In this document: positions 43,215 to 55,999 of the stretch, in pieces
Layout: every line of letters begins with the position of its first letter
Position numbering within the stretch: the first letter of the stretch is position 1
Assembly: GCA_951406725.2 (NCBI GenBank)
Contig: OX597816.1
Span: 29,202,001-29,266,000, forward strand
Length of the DNA stretch: 64,000 bases
Direction of reading: 5' to 3'
Origin: Octopus vulgaris
Lineage: Eukaryota
Notes under the pieces: generated by a model
Databases searched by the model: none
Told to the model about the DNA's origin: nothing
What the model saw: the letters and a program-made list of their open reading frames with translations, nothing else
Program-made: the position numbers and the translations under genes

Positions 43215-43365
43215 GGTGCAGGCGTGGATGTCTGGTAATAAGTTCGCATCCAAACCACATCTCCAGACTGAGTCTCTCTGCGTGACACTTTGGGCAAATG
43301 TCTCCTACCGAGGCATCGGGCCAACCAAAGTGTTGAGTCGATCCGGTACAAGGGAATTTGAAGAA
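43215..43365 (+). mobile_element. SINE family A 5' part, diverged
   Basis: ggtgcaggcgtggatgtctggtaa...gacactttgggcaaatgtctcct...gggccaaccaaag. Confidence 0.7.
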
Positions 43366-43367
43366 AC

Positions 43368-44276
43368 CCCGGTCTCGCGCGCGTTCCGCTCCACCGGTCA
43401 CTCTTTCCAACACCTGTCTATGTTCGGATTGTCATTGCACAGAGGCCATCCAGACTCCCGTTTGCGTCGTGAACTGGGATTAATCTTCTCTCTTCGCTCC
43501 TTTGCGCCACATGGGATCAACTGTCCTCCCCCTTTAATCTAACCTCCTCCCCTCTTCTCTCTCCTCCTCATCCCTACTTCCTCCACCCACCTCCTCTCTC
43601 TTGCTCCGACTCCTACTTCTCTTCATTCCTACCCACCTTCTCCCTTCTCCCCGTCATCGTCAACCCTCCCTCGTAATCCCACCCTTCCCCACACAATCTA
43701 ACCCCACATTCCCTATCCATCTAATTCCTACACCGCCCTTTCCCTTACACCCACTCCCACATACCCTACCTCTCCACCCTCTCAATCCCTCACTTTCCAA
43801 CACCATCACACCGCACACCACAACACTATACCATACACCTCCATACCACACAACACAACATCACATCACATCACATCACATCACCACGCACACACTAGCA
43901 CTGACCACTTCCCAGCCCCACATCCACACGCCTACACATACACACTCGCACACGTGAAGGGCTCTAGCCATCATCTATTCGCACATACATACTCTATTAT
44001 ACACACGCACGCGCACCTTCGTTGCGAGATCACCACTACTTTATTATCTCTCCTTCTTCCTAGCGGTCCTGTGTGAGCCCTTTGTCCAGCATTCACCATG
44101 ATAGATCGCTCGCTACTACACATTCTTGATTTTCTTTCCTTGTTTCTTTCTGTGTTCCTTTCTGTGGGAGAGCGTAGGCTCGAAACGTTAAAGACTTTTT
44201 CACTTCCCGAGCGTTAAAGTAATAGATCTGTTTGTTGTCTGCATCACCTGTCTTCGTCTTTTTTGTACATTCTTCC

Positions 44277-44280
<4 letters not shown>
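43368..44280 (+). mobile_element. PLE 3' end of a second family (endonuclease C-terminus plus terminus)
   Basis: PVSRAFRSTGHS...RRELGLIFSLRSFAPHGIN matches GIY-YIG C-termini of the PVAxHF...E..WI..L....P.GLN type. C-rich 3' region, HHR-like motif at 44158-44193, ends at (TA)n. Confidence 0.75.
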
Positions 44281-44331
<51 letters not shown>

Positions 44332-44514
44332 GCGTGTAGAGAGAGAGAAAGAGAACGAGAGAGTTTGTGTGAGATCGATAGAATACGTACTGAAATCGAT
44401 TAGTTCGACTAAGCACCAGCTTGGCCGCAATCCAATAACTAAAACAAGTATTAGACAAAGGTAAAAGATCCAAACAACACAGACACACACATGTGCGCAC
44501 ATACACACACACAA

Positions 44515-44620
<106 letters not shown>

Positions 44621-45054
44621 GTATATTATCTGTCGTGTGGGAGTGTATACATGACTAATACAAACGGATAATATTAAGCATATATATATCAGAACATAGC
44701 AGAATGCATGAGGTTTTGTGATAGCGAGAGACTGCTAGAATAAACGGTTATTCTACTATGACGTCAATTAGGTATGTTAGCTTGTAAATAAATAATATCT
44801 ACTTGTATATACTACCACATATGTAGCATCAATTGTGTTGATTGTATAATGAATAGCAGTGCAGCTTTCACTGCATTAAGTATACATACAATCAATGAGT
44901 ATATAATTTTATTATAGCTATATTCTCTTTCTCATTATATTATCGTTATTGACGTATTTTCCATCAGTCCCTCGATTTGGAAACATACTAGTATACTCAG
45001 TCAATGTTATGTACAGCTTTGTTTTATCAAGTGAAGCATTTGTCGGTGTCTGCA

Positions 45055-45098
<44 letters not shown>

Positions 45099-45207
45099 TA
45101 ACATTTATCATTTTGTATGTGCGTGCGCTGGTTTGTTTAGTCTGTCTCTTGCATTTGTGCGTATATTTGAGTATTTATCTATTTCATAAATTTTGATGTA
45201 TCTGTAT

Positions 45208-45426
45208 ACTCTTTACTCTTTTACTTGTTTCAGTCATTTGACTGCGGCCATACTGGAGCACCGCCTTCAGTCGAGCAAATCGACCTCGGGACTTATTCTT
45301 TACAAGCCCAGTACTTATTCTATCAGTCTCTTTTGCCGAACCGCTAGGTGACGGGGACGTAAACACACTAGCATCGGTTGTCAAGCAATGCTAGAGGGAC
45401 AAACACAGACACAAACATATACATAC

Positions 45427-45511
<85 letters not shown>

Positions 45512-45674
45512 TACGACATGCTTCTTTCAGTTTCCGTCTACCAAATCCACTCACAAGGCTTTGGTCGGCCCTAGGCTATAGCAGAAGACACTTGCCCAAG
45601 ATGCCACGCAGTGGGACTGAACCCAGAACCATGTGGTTGGTTAGCAAGCTACTTACTACACAGCCACTCCTGCG
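45208..45674 (-). mobile_element. SINE family A, full length
   Basis: Reverse complement of 31261-31667 with an expanded internal (TA)n. Confidence 0.93.
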
Positions 45675-46049
45675 GGTAAAAGTGAATGTGAATGGATGGG
45701 TGTGTATAATTGTGTCTGTAAATATATGTATGTGCATTTGTAGGTGAAAATATGTTTCTCCCGTGTATTCCAGTCCTTTTGTTATTTGCAATCATTTTCA
45801 AACATTTTTTTTTAAACCCATCCTTCTGCAATTCAAATTACCACTATTTTAGCGCTTGAATTTCAAATCAGCAAACATACCCTCACCCGAAATATTAATT
45901 TTATGTTCATTTCTACACCCTAATCACTACATTTGGGACTTTGTGTACTTTAAATAAATTGCAATTTTCACATTACTCGACCTAAATAGTTTAACCTACC
46001 AGTTAATACTTTTGAATTTTCATAAAATTAAAGCAAAGCAACTCGACAT

Positions 46050-46265
46050 ATTAGTTTCAAATTTTGGTACAATCCCAGCAAGTTCGGATAATACGGTAAG
46101 CCAATTTCATTGGCCCTATTACTCAAGTGATACTTACGTTATCGAATCTGAACGGCTGAAAGCAAAGTCGACCTTGGTGAAATTTGAACTCGTACGGTGC
46201 AGATGGACGGAAAACTGCAAAGCTTTTCGCCCGGTGTGATAACCATTCTGCCACCTCGCTGCCTT
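46050..46265 (-). mobile_element. SINE family B, diverged
   Basis: gcaaagtcgaccttggtgaaatttgaactc...ctgccacctcgctgcctt is the reverse complement of the family B head and core. Confidence 0.7.
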
Positions 46266-46690
46266 AAAAGAACTAGATACCTAAAAATCAAAACCTTATT
46301 CATAATCATTAGACGGCACAACCAATAAGGCAGCTGCTTGGCTTACAGCATTCTCTCACACTCACTTATATCTCTATCGTGTTTTATAGTTAAATAATGC
46401 AGAGTGTATCAGCTTATATATTTCTAATGAAAGTTTTGTCGATATCGACGCTTACCTATGTCTACTTGTCTTTGCATTTTACTTGTTTTATTCCTACGCT
46501 GATAACTACTCTATGGGGCTCTTTCGTCGAAATGTTAAGTTGAAGGGATGTAAACAAACTAACACCAGCTGTCAATCGGTGAAATAGAGTAAATTAATAT
46601 CATGGAACAAAGATAGATATATACATGCATGAATACATATTTACATACACACAGAAACACACGCACGCTAACGATAACACCCACATGCAT

Positions 46691-46756
<66 letters not shown>

Positions 46757-46895
46757 CACATCTCTTTTAATGAATGAAGTGAAAAAATATTTGTGAAGGG
46801 TTATCTATGCTAAACAAGTATGAGTTATAATTATTTCGTTGATAGACATGACTTTTTTCATCATTAGCCATATCTGCGTGTGTTACGTAGTTATA

Positions 46896-47291
46896 GGCAC
46901 ATGAATGGCTGTGTGGGAAGTAGCTTGCCAACCAACCACATGTTTCCGGGTTCAGTCCTACTGCGTGGCACCTTGACCGAGTATCTTCTACAATAGCCTC
47001 GGGCCGACCAAAGCCTTGTAAGTAGATGGAAACTGAAAGAAGCCCATCGTGTATATATATATATATATATATATATTTGTGTGTGCGCTTGTGTGTCCGT
47101 ATTTGTCTCCCACCATCGCTTGGCAACCGATGGCAACGTGTTTGCGTCCGTGTAAATCAGCGGTTCGGCAAAAGAGACCGATAGAATAAGTACAGGATTA
47201 CAAAGAATAAACCCTGCGGTCGATATGCTCGACGAAAGGCGATGCTCCAGCATGGCCTCAGTCCAATGACTGAAACAAATAAAGAATAAAA

Positions 47292-47292
<1 letters not shown>
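46896..47292 (+). mobile_element. SINE family A, near full length
   Basis: Head, CORE-like segment and tail all match 31261-31667. Confidence 0.9.
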
Positions 47293-47324
<32 letters not shown>

Positions 47325-47329
<5 letters not shown>

Positions 47330-47960
47330 TATAAAATGAGATAGGGGTTGACAATTCAACCCACCATGGGATAACATATATCCAATATACTGCTAGAGAG
47401 GTACCTAACAAGACAAATACATAAATGTTAAAAATTGCCATGCAATTAATTCATCTACTGTATTATGTGGGCAAAGGTAAAAATATTACCGTAAATTAAT
47501 ATAACAAAATTAGAAAATGGAGAAAACATACTTAAATCAATCAAACATCAACCATCAGATGATACCCAATCAATACTTTATTACACCATTACATAACAGT
47601 AAAGGCATTATACAAAATATATTGTAAATATAATTAGACAAGGAAATAGAAATATAAAATATAAAATATAATATATAATTATATCATATCTGACAGCTGT
47701 TTCGTCCGTAAGGGCAAGTATGGCTTATAGGTTAAATGAGGCATACTTGCCCTTACGGACGAAACAGCTGTCAGATATGATATAATTATATATTATATTT
47801 TATATTTTATATTTCTATTTCCTTGTCTAATTATATTTACAATATATTTTGTATAATGCCTTTACTGTTATGTAATGGTGTAATAAAGTATTGATTGGGC
47901 ATCATCTGATGGTTGATGTTTGATTGATTTAAGTATGTTTTCTCCATTTTCTAATTTTGT
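47325..47960. mobile_element. Near-perfect palindrome (~220-bp arms) in (TA)n with two half-HHRs
   Basis: Arms ~47503-47722 and ~47742-47960 with a ~20-bp spacer. Each strand reads ggac-GAAA-cagctg-TC-agat, but no CTGANGA box. ~180-bp tail on the left. Confidence 0.85.
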
Positions 47961-48262
47961 ATATATATATATATATATATATACACATACGTATATATGA
48001 GTTAGAGGGTATTCAACCATCTAAGAGAAAATAAATATCCAATATACTACTGGATGTATATCTATATATATATACATATGCTTATTGATGAAATGTATGT
48101 TAGGAGGTAAACGAAATTTTAACCATAATGTATAAGACAAGGAAGAAAATAGAAAAGATAATTAATTGCCAAACATCAGCTTACAAAGAAAAGCAAGATT
48201 CATTTATTAATTACAATCATATGAATAAATAAATATAAAAATGAATGAGAGAATATAATTCT

Positions 48263-48417
48263 ACTCTTGCAGGTGTTACTACTTTGAGAATCCAGCTTGC
48301 CAAAGTTGGCATATCATACCAAGATTATACAAAAATTGTACAAAAACTAAATAAAAATTAGGCAAAAATTGGACAAAAATTGGACAAAAATTGAATCCTA
48401 AAGCTTCATCAGAGAGT
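48263..48417 (-). ncRNA. Degenerate HHR motif
   Basis: Minus strand: actct-CTGATGA-agctttaggattc...ggattctcaaagta-GTAA-cacctg-CA-agagt. Stem I intact, second box and triplet mutated. Confidence 0.5.
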
Positions 48418-48540
48418 CCGTAATGGCATCAGAGAGTCCGTAAATTCCAAGATAATATTCAAAGATAGTGACATCACATCTTATTTTAATCCAATCTTCC
48501 TTGCCTTATAAATACATCCATCCATCCATACATACATACC

Positions 48541-48583
<43 letters not shown>

Positions 48584-48872
48584 CATTTCAAAATGTAACC
48601 AATTGTGAATCGTTGGCGATTTTCTTCCCCCGTCTTCCTTTCTTTTGGACTTGCCTCTCTTTCTTGAGAAGAGCGTTGTTTGAAATATTAAAACATCTTT
48701 CCTTCCTTGTGCGTTTGCTAATACTTTACATTTACCACGTCCTCGCGTTGTTGCTTTTTTGTGTTTGTCCTTATTTTTTGAGATTTACTATTTGATATAC
48801 GTATGTATGTATGTATGTATGTATGTATGTATGTATGTATGTATATGTGTGTGTATATATAACTATATATAT

Positions 48873-48908
48873 CGCAGGAGTGCCTGTGTGGCAAGAAGCT
48901 TGCTTCCC
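48873..48908 (+). mobile_element. SINE A head, interrupted
   Basis: cgcaggagtgcctgtgtggcaagaagcttgcttccc; a matching SINE tail reappears at ~50457-50535. Confidence 0.8.
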
Positions 48909-50455
48909 ACTGCGCTTGCGTTGTTGTCAGTGTTGTTCGTACCACTGATAGAAGTCACCACGCAGGTTTTGAGCTGGTAAAATAGTGATTAAAACAGGAG
49001 CTCAATTCTAAGGTAAGACCTTTGTTTTTTTGGTCCAGTGGGGGTCTGTTGTTTGCCGTTATTATTTTTTTTACAAACAAGAAGTCCTCACTGGATTCTG
49101 GACTTTGGTCTGTCTACAGTTGAGTGAATAGTTTTTCTCACTTAATTGTTAGAATTATTCTTTGGGGGCGTATCTCTCTTCCCAAAATTTGTTTGCTTTT
49201 AGTGAATAGTTTTGTTTTTCAAAAAATTGTGAAAATACACCGAAGATACAACTTCTGTTACCAATTTTTGTGGAAGCTGAGTTCTAAGTTGTGGCGTTCA
49301 GGGTTCAAGACGGATTACCAAATAGGCCTGGAATACCGAGTGGCCAGAAGATTTTTTGCTTGTTGTTTTTTTTAAACTGTAGACTATTTTTTTCCTTCTT
49401 CAATCTTTGTTATGACTTTCTTTTTATTGAACTCTTTTTTCTTTTCTTCCTTCCTTTTTGTTCTGACATTCTTTTGATTCTTTTCTTTTTCTTCTTCTTC
49501 TGAATTTTTATCTGAACTGTTTTTGGACTTTTTATTTAAAAAAAAAAACATGACAAAGAACAAGAACAATGTTTTCGAGTGGCAAATTGTCCCACCAAAA
49601 CAGTGTTTGAAAGTCTGTGAAGAGAGGACGGTGGTGTTGAGAACTTACTCTAAGTCGCTCGACACCATCACCCTATTTCAAAAGAATCTTATCGGAAGGG
49701 AGATGGCAGAGTATCTGCCACCAACTATTGAATTCATCTGCAGGGGGTGGGGTCAAATACGCAACTGTGTGGTTGCTATTTGACACCCCTGAGGAGGCTC
49801 GCATTTTTGTGAGCCAGCCCTTGGAGGGCAGAGTGATTTTGTTTCTTCCCATATATTTTGGGAGGAAGTTGACAAGGGCTTGGGTCTGTGTTTTGCCACC
49901 CGGAATAGAACCCGAGTTGACAGAGGACACTATCCGCCGGAGTATGGGTAGCAGCGAAGCCAAGCTCCTCAATGTAAAAATTTTACCTGCGGCTGATTGG
50001 GTGGGGTCAAAAGCGGTCTTGAGCCTGTGGGCCGATCAGACGAAATTTGAAAATGATCGGGTGCCGGTACCTGGTGATACTTGAGAGTCGTACCCCAGGT
50101 GTCATGGGTGCCCTGAGCCTGGCAACATAAAGAAAAATTGTCCCTAGGAACAAATTAAGGTCTTGGAGCAGTTGGTTGAAAGCTCTTTAGAAGAGGGAAC
50201 GGAGGTGGCCGCCGAGGATGTGGAGAACGCTTCAAAGAAGGGCCGCAAGAGGAATGTGAGCAACAATGGATGATCACTGAAGGATCCTAGGGATGAGGGA
50301 GGGGAAGCGAATCTCCCGGTAACGGAGGAGACGTACCCTCTCTTAAGTGAGAAGGAAAAAAGAGGAAGACGAAGAGAAACGGGACATTGTAACGGAATGT
50401 CCCGGAACCTCGTCGGTTGTGCCACCGGCCGGTGAAGAAGCACCGTCGGTTGGGG
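48909..50455 (+). mobile_element. ORF1-type LINE-like element, copy 1 (3' part missing)
   Basis: ~640-bp leader, then a frameshifted ORF from ATG 49550 (VVLRTYSKSL...GVKYATV.LLFDTPEEARIF...CHGCPEPGNIKKNC) homologous to 56000-57873. Confidence 0.8.
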
Positions 50456-50830
50456 TTGACGAAAACCCTCTAAAACAGTACTCCAGCAAGGCCGCAGTCA
50501 AATGACTGAAGCAAGTAAAAGAAAAATGAATAAAGGTATACACACAGAAAAGTGAAGAGTAGTCGATATCTTTAAAGAGTTTAGAATGTATAATCTGAAA
50601 GTAAAATATTGGTAGTGTCCCTAACGTTTTACCGTTGACCAGCTTCGCCAGGCTGTGTTCTATTTGTGTGTGGTACTTGAGAACCACTTAGAAGCGAAGT
50701 AACAGACACACACGTATATACACGGTGTTCGAGCTAAATCTGACAGTCTGCACACAAGGAAAAGAAAGCTTGACTCTTTGAGCTTGTACCACTATCACAA
50801 ACGGCTCCGGTAACTTCTGCAGTATTTCTA

Positions 50831-51480
50831 CTTTGTGACCCGGGAAAATCCCCCGAAAACCTCTTTCATTTTTGCAGAACAACTGGTATCTTTTTCAACT
50901 GTGGCCTACTCGGAGTAAGCCGTGGGATTACAATCGATAAAGTTAAAAGGGCAGAATTCGGGGCTGGTGAAGCCGTAGAAGTTCTCTGGCAGCCATTTCT
51001 GATTTTTTTTTTCCGGAGGTATACCAAGATGCCGTAGCTTCTCCTCCCAGGTTTTGACCAAAGTCTCCACACAGTCCCCTGAATTGAACTTAAATCCATA
51101 ATCAAGTATGCAGCTGCAGTCAGTACCCCTACTGTCTCCCACCTTACTAGCCACAGCTTCGTAGTCTCTTTGTGACCCGGGAAAAGCCCCCGAAAACCTC
51201 TTTCATTTTTGCAGAAAGTCTGCTGTCTTTTTTAACTGTGGCCTACTCGTAGAGTGAAAAGGGCAGAATTTGGGGCTGGTGAAGCCGTAGAAGTTCTCTG
51301 GCAGCCATTTCTGATTTTTTCTTTCCGGAGGTATACCAAGTTGCCGTAGCTTCTCCAGCCAGGTTTTCACCAAAGTTTCCACACAGTCCTCTAAATAGAA
51401 CTTAAAACCATAATTAAGTATACAGCTACAGTCAGTACCCCTACTGTCTCCCACCTTACTAGCCACAGCTTCGTAGTCTC
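50831..51480. repeat. Tandem duplication (337 + ~313 bp), possibly within a decayed hAT-like transposase
   Basis: ctttgtgacccgggaaaa begins at 50831 and 51168, giving duplicate minus ORFs (ASKVGDSRGTDCSCIL...). The hAT assignment rests only on weak AHVL..NSVKA and VE.LVKTW similarity. Confidence 0.8.
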
Positions 51481-51803
51481 ATTTGCAACTGTCCATATCA
51501 CGACTTACAGCCTTTACGCTGTTCACAGAACATGTGCAGATGTGATGTTGTCGGTATTTTCGTACCTGATCACAATAATCATGATATGAGTTGCTCTTTT
51601 CCAATGGTCATATGCCTTCTATTCTTCCATATCAGCTAACTTTATGTCAACTATAGTTTTAACCCTGGCCATTATTCTTCCGAATGCCGTTGACAGTTCA
51701 CGCATATATGAGATTGTTCGTGTAAAATGGAAACATAAAATTGTCAAGTTTGACTCGAACACTTGCATACACACACATACACACACACACACACACACAT
51801 CTT

Positions 51804-51835
<32 letters not shown>

Positions 51836-52229
51836 CACACACACATATAGGGAAAGAGAGAGAAAGATAGAGATAGATAAGAATATTGACATAAACATAT
51901 ACACATATGCATTTGTACATAAATGTATTGTATATTATGCATATGTATATATGTATATGTATATATGTGTGTGTGTGTGTATTTGTGTGTGTGCATATAT
52001 ATATATACATATATATATATAAAAGAGATAATGATGTCATTGAGACCCAAAGGTGTCAGGTAATGCTAAATAAGTGCTATAGACAGACCATAGTTAAGTT
52101 CCAGATTCGGTAATATTGCGAATATAGGGTTCAACATTGGTTCTATGTCAGCGTGTGTATATCAGAATTTTTGCGTAATGAGATAAAAAATCTAGGCTGT
52201 ATAGATATTAGAGCATTTATAGATAGAAG

Positions 52230-52281
52230 GTCTTACAGCTGTTTCTAGGATATTAATTAATAATATCCCTTCATTGGAGAC
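52230..52281 (-). ncRNA. Degenerate HHR motif
   Basis: Minus strand: gtct-CCAATGA-agggatatta(ttaat)taatatccta-GAAA-cagctg-TA-agac. All three stems present, first box mutated. Confidence 0.65.
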
Positions 52282-52441
52282 GGTGTGAGATGAAAGATTA
52301 TGTCATAGTTAGTTTTGATCTGATATAAAATAGTGTGAGGTGGAGGAAAGAAAATAGATGTAAGATATGTATAGGTATTTAATTCGTAAATCCGATTTAT
52401 AGGCATAATGTAAATAGGTGTAATATTCCAATACCCTTTTA

Positions 52442-52505
<64 letters not shown>

Positions 52506-54444
52506 ACGTACATTCGCGCACACACACATATATAACGCAGTCGAGAATCAATGGGACAATAACTTATAAATTTGTACCATTTTGATATAAAAATACGAAC
52601 TAACATATTACAGGTGAGCCTGTCCCCATTTTCGTCTACCACATCACGTAAAAATGCTTTGATCGGCTCGTGGTTATACTAGAATACTCTTTCACACGGT
52701 GCCTTGCAGTTGGACTGTACCTGGAACCATGTTGTTGGAAAGCAAACTTATTCAAAGATAATCATTCCTGAAACTATATCCACGCCTGCGCTTATATATC
52801 TAAGTTTGAATCAAAACAGTAAAATCACTACCAAGGAATACACGACAATAATTTCACTCTACCTTATACTTCGATATATCTGGAGTACGACTCCTTTCTC
52901 CGCGGTAAAGTAAGACGCTCTCAAGATGGTAGCATTTCTTTTGGTGTAATTCAGGAGTATGCGTGACATATAAAGATTGATATGTTTACCTATGCTAATC
53001 TACTTCGTATAGTTCTCCTATATTGTGAAACTCGATCATTTAATAATGAGAGTGACCATATTGAGGTTCACTTTATCAGTATTTATCCCTACTGTCTTGA
53101 TGGGAATGCTTAAGTCCCCTTGAGTGCGCCATTTTCAAAACAATTCTTAAACAATGTATAAGTTCTTTACAATTCCTTTTACATGTATGATGTTCGGATG
53201 GTTATTCCTGTGAAGAATTATCACTTATTTTATACACGACTTCGAAGCACATAAGAACAGTTACATGAAATGGGTGGAGTGGTTGACCAATACGCCAAAA
53301 TCCTCCCTGCAATCCTGGATTTACGATGGATCCTCGTTTATCATAATGTGCTAACCTTTGTCGTTTTCGTTGGATATAAAAACAGGAAACTCTCTTTCCT
53401 CACTTGTGATGATTCTACACGGGAAATGTTCGGCAGCACTTCGATGATGAACTGAGGGCAGTTCTTTGGTTAAGTTGAGAAGCACTGAAATGAGGGATCC
53501 ACTGATCAAGTTTAGACACTTACCGTAGATCATGATGTTGTTTTATGAAGTAACCTCAATTGAAATGTTTTCGAAATTATTGGGCAATTTGCTTATGATT
53601 TCTCGCAACTAGACATTTCTTAATATTGAAAGAACTTGCTCACCCAGATCGAAAGGAACCTGCGCAAGAAATCGTTCCAGGACGGAAATATACAAATCAT
53701 CACTTGCTTCTTTCATTTCCATAAATTTTTATATGTATGATGTTCGGATGGTGATTCCTGTGTAGAAATATCACTTATTTTATACACATAAGAACAAATA
53801 TTTATTGCTGCTTCCATTGCTGGAGAGCCACTTTCGAAATCATACACCAAGCAGGATCCGATAGGATCCCTATTTAAAAGGGTAAAGCCGACACAAACTT
53901 TACCACAATGGTACAAAGTAATCTGAAAATTAAGACATAAGCATTGCGATGTATAAACTGGTAACACTTTTAACGTTAATATTGAAACATTTCTTTCAAA
54001 GTGCTCATATCAAATATGCGACAAGACTTTCTTTCCCAAATAACAACTATATCATACATTTAAAATTATATGCATAAATATGCTCACTTGCACACAAATA
54101 TATCTATGTATGAGTGCGTAGGTATGTGCGTGTGAGCTTTCCAGTCACTGTGGGTATGTGTATGTGTGTGTGTTTGTGTATGTGCGTGTGTGTATGCTTA
54201 CCTTCCTGCTGGGGATAGAGCGCGTCGGCTATCAACTGGGAAGTAGAGAAAAATTTATACACAAACAGGAAACATAATATGAATTCTTGCAACAACATTG
54301 CTTGTGGTACAGAAAGACAAGTTAATACTGTTAAACCGGGTGACAGGATAATTCTACTCTCCATTTAGGCTGTAGCAAGATTTGAACTCAGATTTGTAAG
54401 ACCTAGAACAAATACCAGAACCCAAAGTTTGATTCAACATTCTT

Positions 54445-54745
54445 TTGTTTGTTTGTTCCTTCTCGAGCCATACCTGGCTTATAAGGGCCGGTTTCCCGGT
54501 TTCTTGGTGCATAAGTTCCCCACCTGGACGGGACTCCGGTCCGTCGCAGGTGAGCTGCAAGATGCAGGAGGAAAGAGTGAGAGAAAGTTGTGGCGAAAGA
54601 GTCAGCAGAAGTTACCTTCTGCCGGAGCCGCGTGGAGCTAAGGTGTTTCGCTCATAAACACACACATCCCCCAGTCTGATATTCGATCCCGCGATCCCTC
54701 GACCGCGAGTCCACTGCTCTAACCACTAGGCCATGTACCTCCACG
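54445..54745 (-). mobile_element. tRNA-derived SINE family D
   Basis: Minus strand: tggcctagtggttagagc...gggatcgaat (A and B boxes), body cctgcgacggaccggagtcccgtccagg, (ACAA)n tail. Confidence 0.8.
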
Positions 54746-55577
54746 TTCATCTTTCTTTCACTTACTTCAATTCACTGCGATTCAGCTGTACTAATTTTAT
54801 CGATCCTATATAGATGAAAAGCATTATTGATCTCGGCAGGATTTGAAATACGAGCTCAGTAAGTCTGTATAATTTTCGTGAAGCATTCTGTACAACTACG
54901 TAAACCACGCAGTAAAATTAATGCCACCTATAATGCCAATTTGCAACATGTTATTTAAATGCTAAAGCCATTACAACTAGTACAAGAGCGATAGTCCATT
55001 GACAATCAGTGGTGTTTTCTATTAACCTACTTAGTATCATTATAGCTCTATGTCCATATATGGCTTCAGCTTATATAGAAGATGTTAACTAGATAATTTA
55101 TGCACGCCTACGTGAACATATATCAAACTTTAATAGTGTGGCAGTTGCAGTCTCTCTATGTCATATATCTTTACTGAAAATACCTTCAATGTTTTAATGT
55201 GAACAAATAATTTAATGTTTTATTGCATCTGTATGAACACGTGCGAGTGTGTGTTTATGTGTGCACATATACATATACATATACATACAAACATATATAC
55301 ACACATAGTTACATATTATATATATATATATATATATCCACATATATTCGCATGTAGACGTAAAAAACATATACAAATTTGATTGAAATACACATAATCA
55401 TCATAATAAATGACCACTTGCTTTTTAAACATACCTGCATTTGTATTCGTACACATACGCACATCTCAGTTTTCTTAGTTACCTTGCTCCTGCAGGGAAA
55501 CGTGTATGCGAGCAAAATATATATACATGTATGAGTGTGTGAACTTCAGCATATATATATACATATATGAATATACC

Positions 55578-55999
55578 CTTTTACTCTCTTTTACTCTTTT
55601 ACTTGTTTCAGTCATTTGAATGCGGCCATGCTGGAGCACCGCCTTTAGCCGAGAAAATCGACCCCAGGATTTATCGTTTGTAAGCCTAGTACCTATTCTA
55701 CCTAGTACCTATTCTATCGTTTTCTGTTGTCGAACCGCTAAGTTACGGGGACGTAAACACACCAGCATCGGTTGACAAGCGATGTTGGGGAGGGGGGATA
55801 AACACAGTCACTCAAACACACACACATATACATATTCATATATACTACAGGCTTCTTTCATATATACTACAGGCTTCTTTCGTCTACCAAATCCACTCAC
55901 AAGTCTTTGGTCGGCTCGAGGCTATAGTAGAAGACACCTGCCAAGATGCCACACAGTGGGACTGAACCCGGAACCATGTGGATGGTAAGCAAGCTACTT
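55578..55999 (-). mobile_element. SINE family A body; its head is displaced to 57874-57912
   Basis: Tail and core match family A. The sequence breaks at ggtaagcaagctactt and resumes at 57874. Confidence 0.9.

Noticed and set aside
52900-53830. Decayed transposase-like region with a ~55-bp duplication (~53185 and ~53735)
   Set aside because: The duplication is real, but no diagnostic protein motif could be supported.
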